Notes under the pieces: model-generated
Database searches by the model: none
What the model was told of the DNA's origin: nothing
Seen by the model: the letters and a program-made list of their open reading frames with translations, nothing else
Assembly: GCA_964016885.1 (NCBI GenBank)
Contig: OZ024744.1
Location: forward strand, 59,954,001-60,018,000
DNA: 64,000 nucleotides
DNA from: Eledone cirrhosa
Taxonomy: Eukaryota
Reading direction: 5' to 3'
In this document: one piece after another, positions 13,810 to 27,345 of the stretch
Layout of the letters: every line of letters begins with the position of its first letter
How positions within the stretch are numbered: the first letter of the stretch is position 1
Program-made: the position numbers and the translations under genes

Positions 13810-14735
13810 TGTATGTATGTATGTATGTGTGTGTGTATGTATGTATGTATGTATGTGTGTATGTATGTATGTATGTATGTATGTATGTAGGTATGTAGGT
13901 ATGTAGGTATGTATGTATGTATGTATGTATGTATGTATGTATGTATGTATGTATGTATGTATGTATGTGTGTATGTATGTATGTATGTGTGTATGTATGT
14001 ATGTATGTATGTATGTATGTATGTATGTATGTAGGTATGTAGGTATGTAGGTATGTATGTATGTATGTATATATGTATGTATGTGTGTGTGTATGTATGT
14101 ATGTGTGTATGTATGTATGTATGTGTGTGAGTATGTATGTATGTATGTATGTATGTATGTATGTATGTATGTATGTATGTATGTATGTATGTATGCATGT
14201 ATGTAGGTATGTATGTATGTATGTATGTATGTATGTATGTATGTATGTATGTATGTATGTATGTATGTGTGTATGTAGGTTTGTATGTATGTATGTAGCT
14301 ATGTATGTATGTATGTATGTATGTGTGTATGTATGTATGTAGGTTTGTATGTATGTTTGTATGTATGTATGTATGTATGTATGTATGTATGTATGTATGT
14401 ATGTATGTGTGTATGTAGGTTTGTATGTATGTATGTATGTGTGTATGTAGGTTTGTATGTATGTATGTATGTATGTATGTATGTATGTATGTATGTATGC
14501 ATGTATGTATGTATGTATGTATATATGTATGTGTGTATGTATGTATGTATGTATGTATGTATGTATGTATGTATGTATGCATGTATGTATGTATGTATGT
14601 GTGTATGTATGTATGTGTGTATGTAGTTTTGTATGTATGTATGTATGTATGTATGTATGTATGTATGTATGTATGTATGTGTGTATGTATGTATGTGTGT
14701 ATGTATGTATGTATGTATGTATGTATGTATGTATT

Positions 14736-14769
<34 letters not shown>

Positions 14770-14895
14770 TGTATGTGTGTATGTATGTAGGTTTGTATGT
14801 ATGTATGTATGTATGTATGTATGTATGTATGTATGTATGTGTGTATGTATGTATGTGTGTATGTATGTATGTGTGTATGTATGTATGTATGTATC

Positions 14896-14929
<34 letters not shown>

Positions 14930-15031
14930 TGTATGTATGTATGTGTGTATGTATGTAGGTTTGTATGTATGTATGTATGTATGTATGTATGTATGTATGT
15001 ATGTATGTATGTGTGTATGTATGTATGTATG
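13389..15031. repeat. (TATG)n microsatellite with TAGG/TTTG variants
   Basis: Direct inspection. Confidence 0.95.
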
Positions 15032-15642
15032 TATGTCAGGTCACCAGTTGGTGCTACTGGTAACATGTATCCCAGTACAACCTGTCCCATGGTCGGGTCG
15101 TTGGCGACTAAACTGGCAACCCCACCAAGGTTTCTTGGTGAGGAGGGTGACTTTGGACATCCTGCAGGACTAAAAACAAAACCTGTCAAAAGGCAAAGGA
15201 GCTCTTAAGAGTCAATGGCCATCCAAAATCACCGGGAGAGATGACCCCTTAGCCTTTGTCAAGGCAGAATTCTAGGAGAAGGAAAACTCTGATATAACAC
15301 CTGCAACTCTGATGGTATCCAATGATGTTGACTTGTTCTTCTTTTTGGTAAATATCATCTTGGTTAAGAGAGTGGGACTGGCTTTGTGCAGTGCCTTTGC
15401 TCACTATAAAAGCTTCACGGCACAGGCATTGCTTTATATCTGGAGATCTCTCTGCACTTGTCGTCACAGGGTACCATGGCCCCAGCACTATGTGTCAATA
15501 TTTGTCACAAGTGTAGTGTTTGTACCAGAGTTTTCAAGTCGCTGGCTGGACTAAAAGGTCACACTCGTTCATTGCATCGGTAGGGGTTCTCCTATATGGA
15601 TATAAAGTAGTGGCCGTACTCGAAAACGAGTTGGCAGCCACC
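15032..15642 (+). mobile_element. Bipartite RTE-derived element family 1, copy 4 (full length), tail to 15978
   Basis: Near-identical to copies 1-3. Confidence 0.85.
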
Positions 15643-16245
15643 ATGTATGTATGTGTGTATGTATGTATGTATGTACGTATGTATGTATGTATGTAGGTAT
15701 GTATGTATGTATGTGTGTATGTATGTATGTATGTATGTATGTATGTATGTATGTATGTATGTATGTATGTATGTATGTGTGTATGTGTGTATGTATGTAT
15801 GTGTGTATGTATGTATGTATGTATGTATGTATGTATGTATGTGTGTATGTATGTGTGTATGTATGTATGTATGTATGTGTGTATGTATGTGTGTATGTAT
15901 GTATGTGTGTATGTATGTGTGTATGTATGCATGTATGTATGTGTGTATGTATGTGTGTATGTATGTGTGTATGTATGTAGGTGATGAGGGAAGGAGTGAG
16001 GCATAAGGGAGAAGGCCTACGGCGATGATATGTGATGAAACATGGGATAGTGTTTAATATAAAATCGTGTAACGCCTATGTGTGTATATGTGTGAGTGTA
16101 TATATGTATATGTGTGTATATATGTATGTGTGTGTGTATGTATATATGTATGTATTTATGTCCATGGATATATTTGCATATTTGTATATGTAGAATTATA
16201 TATATCATACACATATACATATTTATTTAAACAGATATATAGACG

Positions 16246-16296
<51 letters not shown>

Positions 16297-16539
16297 TGCG
16301 CATGTAGGCACACGTGCTTGTGTTCATGCGTACACTTACATACACATACATACACACATGCATACATACATTCTTACATACGTACAAACATACATACATA
16401 CAAACAACAATCTTTCACAAAATTCACCCAGAGGCTATAGCAGAAAAACTTGCCCCAATGCTAGGCAGTGGAGCCAAACTCAGCATTACATGATCTAAAA
16501 ACAAACTTCTAAACCATACAACCATATCAAGAGATATTC

Positions 16540-16800
16540 CAGGAGGCATGTCACACTGCAATTGTAGAAGATCAGACAATTTGTTACACAAAAAGAATGA
16601 GGAGATATTCGGATGTAAAATATCTCAAACATCACATTTTAGTGCGGGACAAGTTCGCTTGCAAGTTATCTATGTTTTTCGAGACAACATATGCTGCTCT
16701 AATATCAACCATCTTATGTATAAAGAAAAGAAGCCGATCGTTAGTTCGGACTAAGGACACTGTTTCCATTGGTCTTTCCACTTACCATTCTGCCAGTCGC
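16540..16800 (-). pseudogene. Highly decayed LINE (probably L1/Tx1) RT fragment; related fragment at 18330-18610
   Basis: METVSLVRTNDR / METVSLIQSDDR shared between both loci; weak resemblance to the region upstream of the RT QG motif. Confidence 0.35.
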
Positions 16801-17299
16801 AACTCTTTGTCGAAAGAAATAGGGTTTGAACTCATAATACACAGAGCCGGATCAGATACCATAAAGCAACCCATCCGGCTCTTTAATAATTCCGCCAATC
16901 TATTGACCTTAATTTGTACTTTATTTATCGACCCTTAAAGATAGGAATTTGGTAGGAATTTGAATTTAGAGAGCGGAAAGCCGAAACAAATATCGACCTT
17001 CTAATGATTCTTCTAATTCACTGCCGACCACCAAAAAAACATAGCCAAATAACAACAGCCACGAAGAAAATTGCAAGAACCGTGATCCACCATAAAAATA
17101 TAAAAATATAACTATACCCCTGAGAAAGGATTGCTACCCGCTTACGTACATACACAGATAGGTGCAGAATCTCACAGCTATATTGAAAGAGAACTTCACT
17201 GTTTACATCGACATCTCACTAAACTGAAAACAAAGAGAAAAAATATACGTTTATGACACGACTTACTTGATACAAAACTATTGATCGCTCAAGTTGCTA

Positions 17300-17935
17300 A
17301 AGAACATTCAGCACAAATCGAAGCCTCCATTGAACGTCTTAATGTATTTTTTGCAGTTACCATTCACCAACAGATAGAAGTAACAGGGATTGGTCGAAAT
17401 GATAATACTCAGTTGAAACAGCTCCCATTTCTCCAAAAGAATATCGAAAGACTCAGGAAAAACATCGGATAATTGGATGCTATCATTAATTCAAAGTGAA
17501 TAATGAATTCATGAAACTTCAGCTGCGACTTTCTGATAGTGTATCCTCAAATCTAAGGAAATTGCTTGTGAGTGGTGTGTCAAAAGATTAAGTGTCATAA
17601 GAAACTGCAAAATAGAGGGAATGAGGAATGCAAACAAACAGCAAAACTGCAATGCTGTATGGTTAAATGAGCTACGAGGATATTGTATAAACGTCTTTCC
17701 TAAAACATGACATCACAACCGAAACTGTCCTGGTAATTTGTTACAAAAACTACGTACTTGACGGTCATGCTGGAGAGACGTGATAAGCAGTTAATACTAT
17801 AGAAAGCTCGTGTTTTTTTTTTTTTGTTTTTTTTTAATGAATCCTGAACTCGATGTGCCAAACTGGTTGTCAATTGCACAGACAAAACTTGTGCCTAAGA
17901 ACCAAGAGACAAACATCCTAGCCCAGTGACCGAGA
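17300..17935 (+). pseudogene. Decayed R4/Dong-type fragment (pre-RT and RT start)
   Basis: LQKNIERLRKNIG, NAVWLNELR, PNWLSIAQTKLVPKNQET with stops and frameshifts. Confidence 0.55.
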
Positions 17936-17949
17936 AGAATTGGAATTAG

Positions 17950-18300
17950 AATGAACTTCCATCGGTTTCAACGATGAGCGTTCCAGTTGTTCAATCAACG
18001 AAAGAGCCTGGTCGTGAAATCAGCGTGCAAGCGATTGAACATTCCACAGGCACATGTACCCTTTACGTAATTTTCAATAAGATTCAGTGTAACAAAATTT
18101 GTGACAAAGTCGGTCATTTTAATTATAGGTACAATCCATCCAACGGGTTTCCAAACTGTTTCTGTATACCCAGTTTCGCTGACAAGGCTTGTATGAACAC
18201 GAAGCTATGTATGGCAAATGACTCGTGCTCAAGATGCCCGCAGGATTGAACCCGAAACCTTCTGATCGCGAAGTGAATTTCATAACCATGATGTGTCCAC
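17950..18300 (-). mobile_element. tRNA-derived SINE family 2, decayed (related + copy at 23283-23585)
   Basis: tRNA-like head (caggattgaacccgaaaccttctgatcgc...aacca) and body shared with 23283-23585. Confidence 0.6.
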
Positions 18301-18678
18301 GGCTGAACAGAACATACATCAAAAAGCAATACTGACAAGCTGTCTGCCCGTAGAATTTCTTTTTGATAATGTATTGCTTCTTCTCAACTCTCATACGTAC
18401 CGTTTTGTTGTCCTCTCGTACATGACTGGTATTACGACTAAGAAAAGAACCGATCGTCAGATTGAATCAAGGAAACTGTTTCCATTGTTTTCTCCGTTGC
18501 TGATACTTTCTGCTGGTCACAGCTCTTGGCAGAAGAGGTAAGACATGAACTCAGAAAGCAGTGTTGGATCAGAAACCACAAAATATCCTGCCCAGCTCTA
18601 TAACAATTCTGCAAATCCACTTTATTTATCGACTACGAACGAATTCAAGTTAAAGTTGATCTCGGGGAGGTTTGAACT

Positions 18679-18742
18679 GTATAGTGGTTATCACAACTGC
18701 TTAACACGCAGAAAATCGTGAGTTCGAAAGTCGTTTGAACCT
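18679..18742 (+). pseudogene. tRNA-Val(AAC)-like pseudogene
   Basis: tagtggttatcac A box; ctgc-ttAACac-gcag anticodon arm; gttcgaaa B box; degenerate T stem; 5' end abuts a SINE fragment. Confidence 0.65.
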
Positions 18743-19071
18743 CAACTTGTTTCTCATCGACCTAAGAAAGCTCACAAGAATGGGGTTCTAATTCAGAACC
18801 AACTCATTCTGTAAGATATTTTGGTTGGAGAGGCAATAAATAGTATAAACTAACTTCACACTTCTTAAATTTCTTCTTACTAGATCATTGTGCCACCGGC
18901 AATATAACACCAAAACGGGGTGGTGATAAAAAGTTAGTGTAGATAGATATACAAACATTTAGATAGATAGTTTGATAGTGATAAATAGATAAATAGATAA
19001 ATAGATAGAGAGAGAGATAGATAGATAGATAAATATGTCGACAGACAGACAAACAGAAAGTCAGAGAGACC

Positions 19072-19139
<68 letters not shown>

Positions 19140-19312
19140 CTATCTATATAGGACAGTGAGCTTAATGCATTCCAACTATAATTATATATCAGCAACACTG
19201 ATTGGAAAACAAAATAACCGAAATTTTTCGAAATTCTTCAAAATCTTTTTGTGAAGTCATTCTCCTCTAAGATGTACAAAAATCATGGTCAGGTATAACC
19301 CAATAAAAAAAC

Positions 19313-19683
<371 letters not shown>

Positions 19684-19899
19684 AAGTTCTTTTCGTGCTT
19701 AGGTTAGTATACAGCTACAATTTTGTGGTGTTAAAATTTCCATATATACAAACACGTGCGCCTCTGTGTCTGCGCGTACGCACACACACACACATATATA
19801 TATATACGAAATCATGACCATTTACCATCGATAACTACCCTAAATATACATACACATATAAACACTATACATATATTTATATAAATGCATGTATATAGT

Positions 19900-20232
19900 T
19901 TTTGAATTTGTTTTGCAAGATTTCTTATCTGAAAACGTGTGTTGAAACAGATATTGTTATACTTTGGGAGGGTCATGCTGCCAATAAAAACACACGCACC
20001 TCTTGGTTTTCACTTCAATTTATTTTAAATTTCTGGTTGGATGGTTGGTTCCATAATCGGATGGTTGTTTATATATTGTCAAAGCTCTTTCGTCACACAT
20101 TGTGCGACCTCCTCAGTGACTAGGTTTTTATTTTGTGTGTCTCCTTTGCTCTATCCTACACCATCTTGTTTACGTGTCCAGACAAGCTGGTGTTAGGTTA
20201 GAAGAAAGGAGAGACACAAAATAAAAACCCAG
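19900..20232 (-). mobile_element. Penelope-like pLTR remnant
   Basis: Similar to 34000-34280 (gaaaca.atattgttatact..gggagggtcat); contains a hammerhead and a short internal inversion (20123-20165 vs 20190-20232). Confidence 0.65.
20078..20120 (-). ncRNA. Type I minimal hammerhead ribozyme
   Basis: gtca-CTGAGGA-g-gtcgcac(aat)gtgtgac-GAAA-gagc-TT-tgac; stem I gtca/tgac is perfect. Confidence 0.8.
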
Positions 20233-20234
20233 TC

Positions 20235-20310
<76 letters not shown>

Positions 20311-20393
20311 AGCAAGCAGGACCATCAAACACACAAATCCGAACACAGACATTCCTAGAACAAACATAAATATTGCCCTATACGTAAATAATT

Positions 20394-20562
20394 GGCACAA
20401 GGCCAGCAATTACCCAGTGCATTACTGGTACTTTATTTTATCGACCCCGTAAGGATGAAAGGCAAAGTTAACCTCGGCGGGATTTGAACTCAGAATGGCA
20501 AGGGCCGTAACTCTATGAATCAAAGCATGGCGCCCGACCCTCTACCGATACTGCCAATCCAC
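20394..20562 (-). mobile_element. SINE family 1
   Basis: Consensus match including the tRNA head. Confidence 0.9.
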
Positions 20563-20935
20563 CTCGGAAAATAAAGCATCTAGTGGGTAAGACCATCGTA
20601 TTTCAAACTTGTAAAAATTATATTTGTAAAAATATATTGTATAACCAGACGAAAATTCACTGATTATCCACCATTACGTACATTTCACAGATGATTAGTT
20701 TAAGTTTCATATTTGTGTTATAGCATCAATCTACTCATCAGATGTGTGATTCTAGCTAAAAACAAATTTTCATCTATGTACGTTCATTTCAACAACCGAT
20801 GATCACATTGAGTCTTGTACTTGTTGCCACTATTATGGTATCATCCGTCATTCACGGGGCATCCCCACCTCTTCTTTTATTAAGTTACCTATATTATCTT
20901 TCGTCTCGTTGTGGTGCTTAAAACCAGCCAAAATT

Positions 20936-21110
20936 TTGTTCCCTGAATGTCACGTTCTCTGTGTGTTCACATCTCCCAAACTGATGTTCCCTGCGTGTTT
21001 ATGTCTCTCGAACTAACGTTCCCTGTGTGTTCACGTCTCTCGAACTAACGTTCTCTGTGTTCACGTCTCCCGAACTAACGTTCTCTGTGTGTTCACGTCT
21101 CCCGAACTAA
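20936..21110. repeat. Minisatellite, ~30-32 bp unit, about 5 copies
   Basis: Unit gttctctgtgtgttcacgtctcccgaactaac. Confidence 0.85.
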
Positions 21111-21359
21111 GTGGTCTTTTTCTCCATATATTGTGCGTCTGTAATGTTGTATATTTCATTCTACACACGTAAGTTTTATTTTATTCTATTTTTCGGGACA
21201 GTGCTTTTACAGTTTTGTCAAGCTCTATGACCCCGTCATAGTGTTTGACAAAACAGACCCTATGGACATACACAGGTTCGACCCTGTTGGTAGAGGTCGA
21301 AACTATGTATGTATATTTTGGCGGCCGATGACCAAGGGGTCTTGTATGTATTACAAGTA

Positions 21360-21441
<82 letters not shown>

Positions 21442-21972
21442 CACTACGGTTTCGATGCATTAAGATTGATACTATTCATTCCAGTGAATATAGGGTCATA
21501 ACAAAACAGGTAGAGATAAATTATGCCTTTAGGTGAATTATACAAATATAGATGAAAAACTATCCTAAGTGCATGAATTGACAAAAAGGGACAGAACGGT
21601 GCGTGAAGTCTTAACCAAAGGAGAATAAATATAGAAAGGAGAGAAATAATAAAGTACAGTTGATTGGCAGAAACGTTTATACGTCGGATAGAATGCTTTA
21701 TGCCATTTGTTCCTACTCATTACATTCTGAGTTCAAATCCCGCCGAGGTCAACTTGCCCCTCCACCAGATTTGCTGGTCTTATACCTAAATTAGAAATTA
21801 ATATTATCTATATATATATATATAGGAAAATGTTAAAGACCCCGACGGCAGACCTCGAGCCGTTTCGATGGCTATTTCCTATTACCCACTCTACTACCCT
21901 AAATATTGAGTACTCTGGTGCGTTATGGTTCACCTGGTTCCTTACCACACTTCCTTCGTTATATATATATAT

Positions 21973-22157
21973 AATTGTTTCTATTTTTGGCACAAGGCCA
22001 GCAGTTACCCAATACATTACTGGTACTTTATTTTATCGACCTCGTAAGGATGAAAGGCAAAGTTAACCTCGGCGGTATTTGAACTCAGATCATAAAGGGA
22101 CGTAACTCTGTGCTTCAAAGCATGGTGTCCGACTCTCTACCGATACTGCCAATCCAC
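21973..22157 (-). mobile_element. SINE family 1
   Basis: Consensus match. Confidence 0.9.
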
Positions 22158-22189
22158 AATGGCTGTCGACTCGCTTTATATAAAAAAAA

Positions 22190-22765
22190 AACGTTATAAA
22201 ATCCAGCGTGATCTTAAAGTAAAAAGAGTCCATTGGGAATTGTTAAAAAAATACAACATCGAAACGCAATGTCAGTGGTTCGAACAGATTCATCTTGAAA
22301 CCTGCCAATAAAGTGAGGGAGTAGAGTTATTTGGGGTCCTCGATATCAAGACCACAAACAAAGTCCAACACAACTGTCCTGATATTGTTGTAAAAACAAA
22401 CGACCCCCACTCCCAAATTGACTCTAATTGATGTTGCGGTTCTTAAGACAACAATGTGGTTGAAAAAGAAATGGAAAAGATCAATAATATGCTGACGTTG
22501 CAGGCGCTATTAGAACTGAGGACCATATAGAGACAGGTATCATACCAATCATAATTGAGGCACTAGGTACAGTCCCTAAACGCCTTACGTCTTTCATCAA
22601 AAGTCTTGGGATTCTCAACTTCATAGGTAGTGCCCAAATTTTTACCAACACTAGCAGTGCTAGAATCCTACGCGATATACTGAACCTCTGATATCAGGGG
22701 CTGATCTGAGGCTAATTAACACTTCGTCTAACAACCAATTGTTAGAGAAACCTTACAAAAATAAA
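22190..22765 (+). pseudogene. Decayed RLE-type non-LTR (R4/Dong-like) 3' end
   Basis: VHWELLKKYNI, HNCPDIVVK, LIDVAV, IPIIIEALGTVP, ARILRDILNL*. Confidence 0.75.
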
Positions 22766-23642
22766 TTATTATTATTATTTTGGCGTGTTTGTGGCCCTTT
22801 AAGTTCTGAGTTCAAATCCCGCCGAGGTTAACTTTGCCTTTCATCCTTACGGGGTCGATAAAATAAAGTACCAGTAACGCACTAGGGTCGATTTAATCGA
22901 CTTTCCCCTCCCCCAATATTGTTGGTTTTGTGCCTAAATCAGAAATCATTATTGTTATTATTTTACCCTTTGTTGTTGTTGTTGCTGCTGCTGCCGTTGC
23001 TGATGTTGCCATCAGCAGCATCAGCATCATTTTCGTTATTGAACTTTTAATTTACTTGGCACCGATTTCAAGAGCAACAAAATAATTTTGATTCCACACA
23101 TTTTTTTGGTATTACACGTTCCTGCAAATATTTACACCAAAGAAACAGTGGAATTATACATTTCTTTCAATGTTCCAACTCATTATCTTACAGCAATCTG
23201 TTACACACAGAATGTTTTTTTTATGAATTTGCTATCAAAGAGCATGAATGGTTATGGTTAAAACATACTTCTATTTATAGTGGAAGCACTTGGTTTAGGG
23301 TTTAAAGTGTTCGGCTCATGATCGTAACGTAATGTGTTTGATTAATGACGATGACTTGTGTCCTTGAGGAAAACACTTTATTTCACGTTACACCAGTCAA
23401 CTCAGCTGGAAGAAAATGCATTGTACCAGTAATTCAAAGAACCACACTTGTCACGCACTGTGTCATGCTGAATTTCCCTGAAAACTACGTTAAGAGTGCA
23501 TGGGCCTGTAGAATGCTCAGACGTCAATAACACGAATAGACTGTTCCGTTCGAAAAACTGGAACTCTTGTTGTCGGAGGTTCAGCACGAGTGTGTGTGTG
23601 TGTGTGCGCGTTTATCATCGTTTTTTAATTAAAATTATTATC

Positions 23643-23922
23643 GCCGAGGTTGACTTTACCTTTCATCCTTACGGGGTCGATAAAATAAAGTACCAGTAAT
23701 GCACTGGGTGATTGCTGGCCTTGTGCCTAAAGTAGAAACAATTATTATTAGAGGGTCGGACGCCATGCTTTCCAGCATAGTTACGTCCCTTTATGGTGTG
23801 AGTTCAAATCCCGCCGAGGTTAACTTTGCCTTTCATCCTTACGGGGTCGATAAAATAAAGTACCAGTAATGTACTGGGTAATTGCTGGCCTGGTGCCAAA
23901 AGTAGAAACAATTATTATTATT
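23643..23922 (+). mobile_element. Two tandem SINE family 1 copies with (ATT)n tails
   Basis: Consensus match; B box gagttcaaatcc. Confidence 0.88.
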
Positions 23923-24573
23923 GGTGTGATCGGACATCTTTTTGCTCGCTCCCTTAAGTCTCTTTATTTACCTGTCATAAATCATTTATTGTAAATTGTT
24001 GTTGTTGTGTAAGGGAGATAAGCCCTTGGACTTTGCCCTGTGAAGGGGAAAGTATAGTATTTGGGCCAAAAGGCCCAAATATTTTAACTTTATTTAAAAT
24101 ACAATTTAAAAAAAACAAAACATGGTGGAGCCACGCCTCCCAAATTCGTCTGACAGCGGTTTAAACGTTAAGGCGAATAACTCTGCTCGTCCCATAACAA
24201 ATATTTGTTTCTACTTTTGGCACAAGGCCAGCAATAATCCCAGTATATTACTGGTACTTTATTTTATCGACCCCGTAAGGATGAAAGGCAAAGTTAACCT
24301 CAACGGGATTTGAACTCAGATCATAAAGGGCGGCAACTCTATGCTGCAAAGCATGACGTCCGACCCTCTACCGATACTGCCAATAATGAAACCAACACCG
24401 CATTAGGCAGTATCGCCAACAGCAGCACCAACAATAATGAGAACAACAAGAGCAGCAACAACGACAACACCAACAACAACAATGAAAATTCAAATATCAA
24501 GAAAAATGACAACACCATTAACAGCAGCAACAACACCAACAGCAACAACAACGACAAGAACAACGACAACAAT

Positions 24574-24608
<35 letters not shown>

Positions 24609-25791
24609 AGACAACACCAACAGCACCAAGGACAACAACAAGAACACTTTCGCTGCCGCAGCAGCCAAGAAAAGGCTTTAACATGGATTTGACAGACAAG
24701 GAGACAAAGTTGGCCCAGGCATGGAAGCTCATCAAACAGGAGCAAACCTGGGCCAACTTAACTGTCACAGCAGAGGCCATAGAAGCGGTGGAGAGGAGAA
24801 CCCTGGTCTTCAGATGCTCTACCAAGCGGGCAATGCGATCAGTGGAATTCCCACTCACGAGTTCTATAGAGGATTAGTGGAGGGCAAGTGCGATGACGCA
24901 CTCGGAGAAGCTTTGGGCCTCGACGAAGTCGAACTGACCAGTCTGTACCGTAGGACTTTCGAGCTGGGGACGATGGACAATTTCCAGAAATCCCTCGCTT
25001 GGCAGTGCTACCGGCGTCATTGCCGGTTCGGGATAAACTCTACAGGCACGGAAGTGCTGTCAGACGGACCTGCCCAAGATGCGCACAGAACGACGAAAAC
25101 GTTCTGCACGCACTTGTCCAATGTCCGTGCATTACTAACTTGTAGAGTTATGTCGAACAGCTACTGTCGCGTGTGGAACGAATCCGGCTATCGGCCGAGT
25201 CCATAGGGAAGATCGACCCGCCGCCTTCCTTAGGACAGGAAGAGCAGGAAATGTTCCTCTTTCTGGTGGCAGTTGCGAAAGAGGTTATATGGTGGACCAG
25301 ATTAAAAGGACTGAAGACAGACACTTTTCTCTTCGGCCAATCCCTCATCAACTTCTTCAAATTTCACCTGGAAAGAAAGGTGAGGGTGGAGAGAGAAGTG
25401 CTGCCCCCCAGTACATTTGCTAAAAGGTGGATGAATGTGGCGAGAATGGCTCGTGTGAATGGGCCTACTCTGACCATGCGCCTATAGGCTAGCTAACTTG
25501 AGGAGAGGGGTGCTCTCCCTGGGTGCCCTAGAAGCGCAGGGTGGTTCAGGATTGGTGGGGTACTCGAGTCACCCCAGGGTCGTCCACCCCCTATCGGGGA
25601 ATTTATTTTGTTATATTTATGCATAGTTTATTTTATATATATATATATATATTTATTTTTATTTTTTATATCTTCATTGTTAAATTAGTCTTGCCATTGT
25701 GCACTTTTACTCGACCTTATTGTAAACCCCCACTGTCCCTGTCTTTGTATTGTCCCCTACATGTCGGCCCTTGTGGCTAATAAATGAAATC
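23923..25791 (+). mobile_element. Tx1/L1-clade element 1, internally deleted (5'UTR, ORF1 start, ORF2 3' end, 3'UTR); SINE inserted at 24203-24383
   Basis: ATG 24122; putative ORF1 remnant MDLTDKETK...VERRTLVF; ORF2 end FYRGLVEG...DNFQKSLAWQCYR...AKEVIWWTRLKG...TMRL*; aataaa at 25779. Confidence 0.8.
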
Positions 25792-25812
25792 ATTATTATT
25801 TTTATTATTATT

Positions 25813-27345
25813 GGCGACCTACGTAGCAAATCGTATCATCGTGAGCTCCGCAAAGGTTTGTTGTTTTCGTTTGTTTAAAATTGCCATTTATGGAAAAATT
25901 TTGTTGTTATCTGTTTATAAGGTCACAAAATTTGCTTTCGGAAAAGGACACTCAAAAAGATTGGGGCCTTGAGCCCAAAATTTAAACTTTTATAATTATC
26001 AAACAAAAAATTTCTTTGAAAAATCATGGACGACTCACAGCCACACCTTCCTCTCAAACTAACACATCACACCGACACCACCATTGTAAATATTACCACG
26101 TTTACCACTAAAATTATAAGCAGTAGCAATAATTTAAATTTGTCTCAGGCAGACATTCATTTCCCGCCATTACCAATGACTGCAGGTGTTGAAGCCGCCA
26201 CCCCCACACCACCACAGCGACAACAGAAACAAAAGAAAAAATTTGGCGGACGTCTACTGCAACTGGCAACAGAACGGGAGAATTCCCAGTTCTGTGAGCC
26301 GAGGAGCCGAGGAGCTGTGGCATTGCTGAGAAAGGATCCGAACAAGGGGGATAACATAGATAATTTCCGGCCCATAACTCTGCTAAACACAGAGTTCAAG
26401 ATTTTGGCCAAGGTGCTAGCAAAGAGGTTGGCGCTTGTCGTTGGTGGTCTGGTGGGAGAGGCGCAGACATGCGCCATTCCCGACAGATCCATCCACGACA
26501 ACCCCCACCTCATGCGATACATCGTGGAGAGGGTAGCTAAGGAACCTGGCACGGGTGGGTCCTTGATCAATTTAGATCAGTCGAAAGCTTTCGATAGGGT
26601 CGACCATCGTTACCTAGCGGCAGTCCTGAGGGCGGCTGGCTTTGGGCCCGTCTTCAGAGGCTGGATCGCTGCCATGACGGTTACCTTTCGGAACCGTTCA
26701 ACATCATGCGCTCGGTCCGCCAAGGATGTCCCCTCTCGTCCCTCTTGTACGTATTGACTCTCGAGCCATTACTGCACAAACTGGAGACGTTGAGAGGGGT
26801 CCCGCGCGAACTAGGATACGGAAGATCCGTGTCAGCATATGCGGACGATGTCACCATAGTGGTGTCGAACGCCAAACACATCGAGGCGATCGGCACTACA
26901 CTCAGAGAATACGAAGCGGTGACAGGAGCAATGATCAACCAGGAAAGGTCAGTAGGCCTGCAGCTCGGCACCTGGAAAGGCAGGTCCATGCCGTCCAACA
27001 GCGTCGTCGGGCGCTGGACGGACGGACCGCTTAGATTGCTAGGGGTCTGGTTCGCTTCGGACCTCCAGACAGACAAAAACTGGGACGAGGTGACGAGCAG
27101 CGTGGCTTCTCTCACCTAGAAATGGGCCGAGAGAAAGCTATCCCTGAAAGGTCGAACGGAGGTGGCTAACGCGTATATCGCGTCCGTCATCTACTACCGC
27201 CTGACCGTCGTACCTTGTCCTAAGCCCCGCCTGACTGTGCTGGAGCGTTTGCTCTTTCGCTTTTTGTGGAAGGGACGCGCTCCGATGGTTAGGCGGTCCA
27301 TCTGCTGTCAACACCCGATACGCGGAGGGATGGGAATGCCGTGGC
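25813..27345 (+). mobile_element. Tx1/L1-clade element 2 (5'UTR and ORF1 start fused to RT)
   Basis: NFRPITLLNTEFKILAK, NLDQSKAFDRVDH, SVRQGCPLS, SAYADDVT; frameshifts and stops. Confidence 0.9.

Noticed and set aside
4053-15978. CRISPR-like or single tandemly duplicated unit
   Set aside because: Inserts are homologous retroelement pieces with differing truncations; no fixed repeat-spacer period and no cas genes.
7792-16006. Numerous long MYVC/HTYI-repeat ORFs
   Set aside because: (TATG)n/(TA)n repeats lack stop codons in all frames; artefacts.
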